Shown here: in pieces, positions 1-8,554 of the stretch
Position numbering within the stretch: position 1 is the stretch's first letter
How the letters are laid out: each line of letters begins with the position of its first letter
Assembly: GCA_001643675.2 (NCBI GenBank)
Contig: LSRY02000092.1
Coordinates: 1 to 28,058 of the forward strand
DNA from: Monocercomonoides exilis PA203
Taxonomy: Eukaryota; Protista; Preaxostyla
Direction of reading: 5' to 3'
Length of the DNA stretch: 28,058 bases
Translations under genes and position numbers: made by a program
Notes under the pieces: model-generated
Seen by the model: only the letters and a program-made list of their open reading frames with translations
The model's database searches: none
What the model was told of the DNA's origin: nothing

Positions 1-2425
1 AACCTAACCTAACCCTAACCCTAACCCTAACCCTAACCCTAACCCTAACCTAACCCTAACCCTAACCTAACCTAACCCTAACCTAACCTAACCCTAACCT
101 AACCCTAACCCTAACCCTAACCCTAACCTAACCTAACTAACCTAACCCTAACCCTAACCCTAACCCTAACCTAACCTAACCTAACCTAACCTAACCTAGC
201 CCTAACCCCTAACCCTAACCTAACCCTAACCTAACCTAACCCTAACCCTAACCCTAACCTAACCCTAACCCTAACTTCTTTAAGCCCTAACCCTAACCCT
301 AACCTAACCTAACCCTAACCCTAACCCTAACCCTAACCTAACCTAACCTAACCCTAACCTAACCCTAACCTAACCTAACCCTAACCTAACAACCTAACCC
401 TAACCTAACCCTAACCTAACCTAACCTAACCTAACCCTAACCCTAACCCTAACCCTAACCCTAACCCTAACCCTAACCCTAACCTAACCCTAACCTAACC
501 CTAACCTAACCCTAACCCTAACCTAACCTAACCCTAACCTAACCCTAACCCTAACCTAACCCTAACCTAACCTAACCTAACCTAACCTAACTAACCTAAC
601 CTAACCTAACCTAACCTAACCTAACCCTAACCTAACCTAGTTTGAACCTAACCCTAACCTAACCCTAACCTAACCTAACCCTAACCTAACCTAACCTAAC
701 CTAACCCTAACCTAACCTAACCTAACCCTAACCTAACCCTAACCCTAACCCTAACCCTAACCCTAACCCTAACCTAACCCTAACCTAACCCCAACCTAAC
801 CTAACCCTAACCTAACCCTAACCTAACCTAGTTTGAACCCTAACCCCTAACCTAACCTAACCTAACCCTAACCTAACCCTAACCTAACCCTAACCTAACC
901 CTAACCTAACCCTAACCCTAACCCTAACCTAACCCTAACCCTAACCCTAACCTAACCTAACCTAACCTAACCCTAACCCTAACCTAACCTAACCCTAACC
1001 TAACCTAGTTTGAACCCTAACCCTAACCTAACCTAACCTAACCTAACCTAACCCTAACCTAACCCTAACCCTAACCTAACCCTAACCCTAACCTAACCTA
1101 GTTTGAACCCTAACCTAACCCTAACCCTAACCCTAACCTAACCTAACCCTAACCCTAACCTAACCCTAACCCTAACCTAACCTAACCTAACCTAACCTAA
1201 CCTAACCCTAACTAACCTAACCCTAACCCTAACCCTAACCTAACCCTAACCTAACCTAACCTAACCTAACCTAACCCTAACCTAACCTAACCCTAACCCT
1301 AACCCTAACCCTAACCCTAACCCTAACCTAACCCTAACCTAACCCTAACCCTAACCCTAACCCTAACCTAACCCTAACCTAACCTAACCCTAACCTAACC
1401 TAGTTTGAACCTAACCCTAACCTAACCCTAACCTAACCCTAACCCTAACCTAACCTAACCTAACCCTAACCCTAACCCTAACCTAACCTAACCTAACCCT
1501 AACCTAACCCTAACCCTAACCCTAACCCTAACCCTAACCCTAACCTAACCCTAACCCTAACCCTAACCCTAACCCTAACCTAACCCTAACCTAACCCTAA
1601 CCTAGTTTGAACCCTAACCTAACCTAACCCTAACCCTAACCCTAACCCTAACCCTAACCCTAACCTAACCCTAACCCTAACCCTAACCCTAACCTAACCC
1701 CTAACCTAACCCTAACCTAACCCTAACCTAACCCTAACCCTAACCCTAACCTAACCTAACCTAACCTAACCCTAACCTAACCTAGTTTGAACCCTAACCC
1801 TAACCTAACCCTAACCTAACCCTAACCCTAACCTAACCTAACCCTAACCTAACCTAACCTAACCCTAACCCTAACCCTAACCCTAACCCTAACCTAACCC
1901 TAACCTAACCTAACCTAGTTTGAACCTAACCTAACCTAACCTAACCCTAACCCTAACCCTAACCCTAACCCTAACCTAACCCTAACCCTAACCTAACCCT
2001 AACCCTAACCCTAACCCTAACCCTAACCTAACCTAACCTAACCCTAACCCTAACCCTAACCTAACCTAACCTAACCCCTAACCCTAACCCTAACCTAACC
2101 CTAACCTAACCTAACCCTAACCCTAACCTAACCTAACCTAACCCTAACCTAACCTAACCCTAACCTAACCTAACCCTAACCCTAAGCCTAACCCTAACCC
2201 TAACCTAACCCTAACCCTAACCCTAACCCTAACCTAACCTAACCTAACCTAACCTAACCTAACCTAACCCTAACCTAACCTAACCCTAACCCTAACCTAA
2301 CCCTAACCCTAACCCTAACCCTAACCTAACCCTAATAACCCTAACCTAACCCTAACCCTAACCCTAACCCTAACCCTAACCCTAACCCTAACCATAACCT
2401 AACCCTAACCCTAACCTAGTTTGAA
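1..2425. repeat. Telomeric array, C-rich strand on +, irregular mix of CCCTAA (TTAGGG) and CCTAA (TTAGG) units; chromosome end lies to the left
   Basis: Continuous CCCTAA/CCTAA units from base 1 to ~2414, then an abrupt change to AT-rich unique sequence at 2426. Confidence 0.97.
636..2425. repeat. Interspersed variant telomeric unit CCTAGTTTGAA (G-strand TTCAAACTAGG), 9 copies
   Basis: Identical 11-mer starting at 636, 827, 1004, 1097, 1399, 1601, 1781, 1914 and 2415; the last copy abuts unique sequence. Confidence 0.95.
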
Positions 2426-3967
2426 TCACTCAGCATTATTATTTTGTTTCATTTCATCAACTATTCCATCATTCAATGTTTATAATTCTTGGATTATTCT
2501 CAACATTAAATATTTCTATTATTCAAGAATTCATTCCAATTTCACAACTGATTTAAATTGGAATATCTTATTTATTATTTGAAAGCCTTCTTTCAATCAA
2601 TTCATTTATATTTTTATCGATATTAAAGATCTCGAATAGATTGATTATTAAAATTTATTTTTCAATTATTTTTAAAGTTTTTCCTTTCATTTTATTTAAT
2701 TTCTTCCAATATATAATACAAATGAACTGGTAAGTTCTTTTTAAACAAATGAAATGTTTTATTTGTAATTTTTGTCAAAATTTTTAAAAATGAATGAAAA
2801 TAATAGAATCAAATATAACAATCATAACAACAATGTTGTCAGGTTCAATTCATCATAAAGCTTCAGTTGCACTATATCTATTCCTCAGAATTATGTTGCA
2901 CTGATTATTTCTTGCTCTTCTTTTTTAATGGACAAAGAATTCAAAATATCTGAATTCAAATAAACGTGATAGATATTTTCTATAATAAACAAATCATAAG
3001 AAATTAACCCTTTTGTCACAAACTTGAATTTATGAACTGTGCACTCAATTTTGTTTTTTGACTTCTTCCTTTGAAACTGCACATTTTCCTTTCATTCTCT
3101 TGTTTTCCTTTATGAATAACTTTTGTTCCCCAATAAGTGATCGTCAATAAGCATTAAATTTCATTTAACGTTTGCTGATATCTATATTCAATAAAAAAGA
3201 ATTTTTTTCAAACGAATAAAGTTTACCATACTGTTTTAATCAACAAATAATGCAAACTCTTTGAACAATGTTTCTATTCCTTCAATTAACTTTTCTGAAC
3301 GTTGTTTTAAAAACGAATGATTTCTCCTTGATAAAAAAAATACAATTCAATCGTGAATTAATGAAAAAATATTAATCACAATGTGTTCAAGTCATCTCCT
3401 TATTTATTAAAATTGCATTCCTATTGATTTCCTTTTATTCTTTAATTTCCAGATGATATTATCCTTCTCAATTATCTCTGTTGATCTTGTTATATTATTT
3501 GGTACAAGATTTTCTGTGAAATAATTGAACTTCAACAACTAAACAAAACATCACTCAAGACAATAAATGCAAACATTTTTGGCTCTTCTTCGTATCAAAG
3601 TTAATCCAACTTTGACGATGTTTCAATAAATGCACGATTAGTCTTGTAATTCTTCAAAGTTTATTTTTATTGCAAAGTAAATACAACTCAAAAGGTTTAG
3701 TCATTTCTTCAAATGATAAATCAATTATATTTTGCATCTATTTAATGTATTTCACATATATTCGACAATTATTTCTTTCAATAACAGTATTTTTACACCG
3801 AACTTTTGTAATAATATGTCTCCTAATTTTACAGAAAATCAACTGTTCACCAAAAAGTTTGATTTCACTCATTTATCTGCAAATAATTATTATATTTTCT
3901 TTTTTATTTTGTTCAAAATAAGTGATTCAGAAACAATTCAGATTGGAATGTGTGATTATGAATACTA

Positions 3968-6100
3968 TTAAATGACTTCAACACATGATTCCTCTTCGTC
4001 TAATTCCCAACCAGTTCCGTCATCTTTTTTCCTCAATCGTTTGTTTCTTTTTTCTTTGCTGTTATCTTCAAACAAATAATCATATATTTCATTTTCGATT
4101 TCCTCATTTTCGTCTTTGCTTGAATTTTCCCTTTTATGATTGAAATGAAACTTAAGTTTTTCCTTTCTGGAAGTTCCTGTGCTCGGCTCTTGAACTTGTT
4201 CAACAGTTCTTCTTCCTTTATCATCAATTTTCACAACTCGTTTGTTTCTCCTTCGATTATTCCTTTCAATAATTGATTCATCTGAAAAATCGCTTTGAGA
4301 ATCATCATCCTCTTCTGCTCTTTTTCTCTTCTTCGCTAACTTATTACAAGTATTTTCATCTTCTTCACAATAAGAATCATTATCTTCATCTTCATCAAGA
4401 ATTTTTCTTTGTTTCTTCTTGCCAATGAACCAACTATCAAATTCCTTCTCAAATGTTAACTGTTTTGCATTCTCCAACACCCCTTTTCGAATCAACACCC
4501 CTTTTCGAATCAACACCCTTATTCGATCTCTCACATGATTTGGAGCTCGGCTTTTGAGTTTTTCAGCTGTAGCATAAATGGATTCACCTTTATTATACAT
4601 TTCAATCACAATATCATCTTCTTCTTTCTTCCAGACTTTGCGTCTCAGATTATTCATTTCATCTCTTTCTCTGTCAATCAAATACTTTTCGAGTTTCTTC
4701 TTTTCCAGTTCCTTCCTTTCTTTCAAACCATCAAAATCTTTAATTTCTTTTATTTTCTGTTTCTTCTTTCTTCGATTTTTCATCATTATTTCTTTTGTCG
4801 TTGATTCTTCTGCCAAATCACAATACAACTTTGCCAAAGTCTCTGCTTCAACCTTTTTGTTCACCAACTGATCTTTCACATATAATCTAACTATCTTATC
4901 TTCAATTCTAGATTTCGAATAAAAGTGATTTGAATCTCTTTCATCGTTAATTTGTTTGTACTTTTTTTCAACCATGTTCTTCAATAATTTCGTCTTCTCA
5001 ACCATCTTTTTAGCAGCATTGCTTTCATACCGATTTCTTTCAACTCTATCAACGTCATCCTTCTCAAAAAACTTCTTCATCCTTCTCTTTACTTCATCGT
5101 TGAATGCCTTTACAGCATTTATTTCCTTTTCGAGCTCGACTTTGAATGATATCCCGTGGAAGACTTCTAAATCAAGAAGAGTTTCGTCAACTTCTCCTGT
5201 ACTCCCTTGTTCATTCGCAGCAACGAGCCTTGAGGATACAATTGTTCGGCGAGCGACCATTTTTATATATCCCATTTGAGCCAAATGCATCGGAGCCCAG
5301 CCGGCAATAAGAGCAGTTTTCTCCAATACTGCTTGTTTAGCTTCTGCACTAGAACCAGCCTTTATCAGTGCACTACATATAAAACCACTTCTAAGAGAGT
5401 GGAAACTAAGGAAATTCCAGTCATAACCTGCGTGACTTGCTCTTTGTCGAAAGCGATTTCCCATGGATGCTGTTGTGATTGGCCATATTCTCTTTTTCGT
5501 GTCAATGGTGTGCTTTTTCGCTTCCCATTCAGATAACTTTATATTGGTTTTTGTTTTCAGATATCGCGAAAGCCAATAAATAGGATCTTGATTGTTTTGA
5601 ACATTTTCTTGACCTTCAATGGTCACTTCATGCGCCCAAGCGAGGATTCCCTTCGCTCGATTAAACCGGAGTGTACATAAAAGGTTCCCCGTTTGCTTGG
5701 ATGTTATGACTTTCACTATATCAGACAGGAAAACATTTGCTAGCGTCACTGCCCGAGCTCCAGTGTGAACGGCGACGAGAAACAACGAGCATTCCATTTC
5801 TTTTGCCCTGCATTTTTCTGGAAAAAGATCGATAATTCGTTGAACATCCCAAAGGAGAGCTGGCTCCTTTTCCTTTCCTTTCTTCAGAACATTTCTGTTG
5901 TGTCGCAAGCAGCAGACTGCTTCACTCATGGCTTGCTTCGTCTTCGCATTTAGCTTCTTTCCTCTCTTTATGATACTGAGACGCTTCAGAGATGGTATGA
6001 TTACATATTTTATTGAATTCAAAGGATAAAAACATTCTTTTCCACAAAACAGGACAAATCCGCGAGCAAGATTCCTTTTGAGGCCAGGGATCACATTCAA
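3968..6100 (-). CDS. Tyrosine recombinase (Crypton/DIRS-type YR) with C-terminal Myb/SANT-like domain and acidic/basic low-complexity tail; main reading frame
   Basis: 710-aa ORF with YR catalytic motifs: HTGAR (R at 5753-5755), RAKG (K at 5651-5653), FHSLRSG (HxxR at 5390-5401), AGW (W at 5297-5299) and MGYIK (Y at 5267-5269). The TTG start is probably not real; the frame is entered from the upstream ORF. Confidence 0.9.
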   Translation of the reverse strand: MNVIPGLKRNLARGFVLFCGKECFYPLNSIKYVIIPSLKRLSIIKRGKKLNAKTKQAMSEAVCCLRHNRNVLKKGKEKEPALLWDVQRIIDLFPEKCRAKEMECSLFLVAVHTGARAVTLANVFLSDIVKVITSKQTGNLLCTLRFNRAKGILAWAHEVTIEGQENVQNNQDPIYWLSRYLKTKTNIKLSEWEAKKHTIDTKKRIWPITTASMGNRFRQRASHAGYDWNFLSFHSLRSGFICSALIKAGSSAEAKQAVLEKTALIAGWAPMHLAQMGYIKMVARRTIVSSRLVAANEQGSTGEVDETLLDLEVFHGISFKVELEKEINAVKAFNDEVKRRMKKFFEKDDVDRVERNRYESNAAKKMVEKTKLLKNMVEKKYKQINDERDSNHFYSKSRIEDKIVRLYVKDQLVNKKVEAETLAKLYCDLAEESTTKEIMMKNRRKKKQKIKEIKDFDGLKERKELEKKKLEKYLIDRERDEMNNLRRKVWKKEEDDIVIEMYNKGESIYATAEKLKSRAPNHVRDRIRVLIRKGVLIRKGVLENAKQLTFEKEFDSWFIGKKKQRKILDEDEDNDSYCEEDENTCNKLAKKRKRAEEDDDSQSDFSDESIIERNNRRRNKRVVKIDDKGRRTVEQVQEPSTGTSRKEKLKFHFNHKRENSSKDENEEIENEIYDYLFEDNSKEKRNKRLRKKDDGTGWELDEEESCVEVI
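4475..4528. repeat. 18-bp in-frame tandem duplication (VLIRKG x2) right after Myb helix 3
   Basis: caacaccccttttcgaat at 4475-4492 and 4493-4510, with a degenerate third copy at 4511-4528. Confidence 0.9.
4511..4645 (-). other. Myb/SANT-like helix-turn-helix domain within the YR ORF
   Basis: RRKVWKKEEDDIVIEMYNKGESIYATAEKLKSRAPNHVRDRIRVL fits the Myb pattern W-x-x-EED...IA..L..R....(K/R)xR. Confidence 0.75.
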
Positions 6101-6626
6101 CTAGCTTCGAATATGTTTCCAACAATGTATTCACCCATTTGTGCTTCTTTTTTGTGGCGTTTGACCAGATGCTTCCAAGTTTCATATACTGCTGTGCAAC
6201 TTCTTTCTGGACTCTTGCAACTGCGATGTCCATTTTCGTTGTTCTGTGATAATCACTTGCACTATCTTTTTCTTTTTCTTGATCAGAAGTTTTGCCTGAA
6301 GTTGCTGATGAAGAAGATGATGAGGGTGGTGATGGTTTGTTCTCATTATCATTCGATATGTCTGAAATATCATGAAGTTGTTTATTTAGTATTTCTTTTG
6401 TTTCTTTTTCAACTTCTCTCAAATTTTTAATTGCACAAAGAGCATCATTGATATCCTTATCTTTTATTTTGTCATTGATTGTATCATCTATTTCGCTTTC
6501 CTCTTCTTCTTCTTCTTCTATATTTTCATCGGATTCTTCAAAATCTTCTGTTTCTTCTGAGTCTTCGAATTTATCTTCGGATTCTTCTTCATCATCTTCG
6601 CTTTCTTCGTCAAATGAACTGATTTT
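6075..6626 (-). CDS. N-terminal part of the same YR gene (acidic linker and start of the core-binding domain), joined to the main frame by a +1 frameshift near 6075-6085
   Basis: The frame of ORF 5922..6422 is open from 6626 (KISSFDEESEDDEEE...LREVEKE...WSNATKKKHKWVNTLLETYSKLVECDPWP). It continues naturally into (K)RNLARGFVLFCGKECFYPLNSIKYVIIPSLKRL of the main frame. Confidence 0.7.
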
Positions 6627-7021
6627 TCATTTCTTGTTTCTTTGTTTGATTCTTTATAGCACAGAGGAAGAAGAGTTCTTTTGATAGAAGGAGTTTGTGT
6701 TGGGTCTGTTAATGTTTGAAGATGATTCAGGTGGATGTGAGAAGGTGATGGAGTGGATTGCAAGGAGAAGTGTTGAGTCCAGATGTTTGTTTGAAAAGCG
6801 TTGACGGGAGTGATTGATGATGATGCGATTGGAGAGAGAAGCTCATTCATCATCCTCATCATTCTTTCGCAAACCTCGTTCCTGCTTACAAGGACATCGT
6901 TTCCGCAAGTCGGGCTAAGAAAGGCAGTCAGTTGTGTTGGAGTTTGCTGTTTATTGATTAAAAATGTTAATGATTCTGTTATAAAATATTTTTCAAATAA
7001 TTTGATTTTTGCAAACTTCAT
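6518..7021 (-). CDS. Possible extreme N-terminus of the YR gene (S/T/P/Q-rich), linked by an indel in the A5 run at 6623-6627
   Basis: 167-aa ORF overlapping the next frame. Adding one A gives ...ETRNEKISSFDEE; removing one gives an ATG start at 6630 (MKISSFDEE). Confidence 0.35.
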   Translation of the reverse strand: MKFAKIKLFEKYFITESLTFLINKQQTPTQLTAFLSPTCGNDVLVSRNEVCERMMRMMNELLSPIASSSITPVNAFQTNIWTQHFSLQSTPSPSHIHLNHLQTLTDPTQTPSIKRTLLPLCYKESNKETRNEKSVHLTKKAKMMKKNPKINSKTQKKQKILKNPMKI

Positions 7022-7885
7022 TAAATATAGAAAAATGTTGCTGTGGTTTTGGAGTTTCTTTTAAATAATCATTCATATTCTGAAAAATATTTTTTGTTTT
7101 AATATTTTGTTTTACTTTTGAATCAAATAAAAAGCAACAATAAATAAGTGCACACATCAATTTTTCCTGCATTTTGTATTGTAATGCTTGTTCCTTCATT
7201 TTCTTCCAAATCATTATGTGGAAATAAAAACTCTGTCTGCTTATGATCTATTCGAGATTCCGAATCTTTAAAACTTTCTTCCATCCAAGATATTCACAAA
7301 TTTAAATTTTGAATTCAAATTGCAAATAATTATCAATGGGATTGATCAAAATCTTTTATTTTTCAAAAATTTTGAAAATAAACTTTTTAATTCCTGTCAA
7401 AAGTACTTGAAAGTTTTTGTAATAATATAATAGTTATTGCACAACAATCAAACTTTAATAATTCCTCAAATTCGTTGGGAAAAAAAAGGCGAATTTCAAC
7501 ACACTTGAAATGTTGAATTTTTCACAATCTTAAATATCAAAAAAAAAAATATTCCAAGATAAGCAGTTTTTAATCTTTTTGTTACACAACAAAGAAGTTT
7601 GTTTGACAGAAAGAAAGTATTTAAAAAAACAGAATGAATAATCAAACGGATGAAATGAAAACAAAAAATTAATAACAAATTATTTGTTCACCAAAAATGG
7701 GAAGAAATATCCAGTTTTCTAAAGTGAAAATGACAAAAAAGTTAAAATTGTGTATAATATAAAGCCAATTTTGAATTAATATTTCATTATTAGCGAAAAA
7801 AAATCTAATATATATTTTTTGACTCTATATAGTGGGAACGGAAAGATCAAAACTTTTTGATCATTTTTGATCTTATTTTCAGATC

Positions 7886-7921
7886 AATTAAACGTTTGCG
7901 ACTTTTCAAAAAGAATGACCC
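7886..7921. mobile_element. Solo right-hand TIR of the GGGTGATT MITE family
   Basis: aattaaacgtttgcgacttttcaaaaagaatgaccc closely matches the right TIRs ending at 8269 and 19155. Confidence 0.7.
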
Positions 7922-8029
7922 ACATATCTTTCTTGGACCAGTGTTCTATCTTCTTGGGAAAACCTGTGTTGTTGAATTCCTTTTTCCTTTTGACCACAAG
8001 GAATTTGTGGACTTTCTGCTCGAAGATAT

Positions 8030-8269
8030 GGGTGATTCTTTTTGAAAAATCACAAATGTTAAATTTTCAAATACTTCAGAAATTACATATTTTGCTCAAA
8101 ATTCTGTTTCAGCTCACAAATCTCCTCGAGAATGTTGGAAATAGCTTTATCAAGTATAAGATTCCATTTTAGTGAAGTTTGATATTTGTTAACAAATTAT
8201 TTGGCAAAATATGAAATTTTTGATTTATTTGAAAATTAAACATTTGTAACTTTTCAAAAAGAATTACCC
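8030..8269. mobile_element. MITE (~240 bp), copy 1
   Basis: TIRs gggtgattctttttgaaaaatcacaaatgtt / aacatttgtaacttttcaaaaagaattaccc, with imperfect inverted symmetry to ~70 bp. AT on both flanks. Homologous to 18922-19155. Confidence 0.85.
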
Positions 8270-8554
8270 ATATTCATTTAAAAAATTTTCATTTTGTAAC
8301 TTCTCATTATTTTTTTTTTTTTTTTTTTTTGTGACAGACAGCTGCAAAAAATGGAAAAAAGCGTAACACAGGTTTATTGAATATATTCAAATTGAAATTC
8401 TATTATAAAAATAGTCAAGATCCAATATCAAAAAATAATATTTTCTCGTGATCAAATACATAATATATATTGAGAGCTTTGAAATTTTAACAATTGACAT
8501 TATCTCTTTATATATTGCAGAATAATAAGCAAAATCGAAACAGTGAGCAGTAGA

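Noticed and set aside
636-2425. CRISPR-like array (constant 11-mer with variable spacers)
   Set aside because: The spacers are only telomeric repeats of very uneven length, there are no cas genes, and the context is eukaryotic.
2420-2425. Similarity to the Euplotes chromosome-breakage core TTGAA
   Set aside because: The pentamer is very common in this AT-rich sequence, and the telomere repeat type and geometry differ.
2426-3960. Gene between the telomere and the YR
   Set aside because: Very AT-rich with only short, stop-riddled frames and no recognisable motif; at most a highly decayed remnant.
3968-6100. Protelomerase or complete DIRS/TATE retrotransposon
   Set aside because: The end is a repeat-type telomere, not a hairpin, and no RT, RNase H or gag ORF or split repeats are visible in the window.
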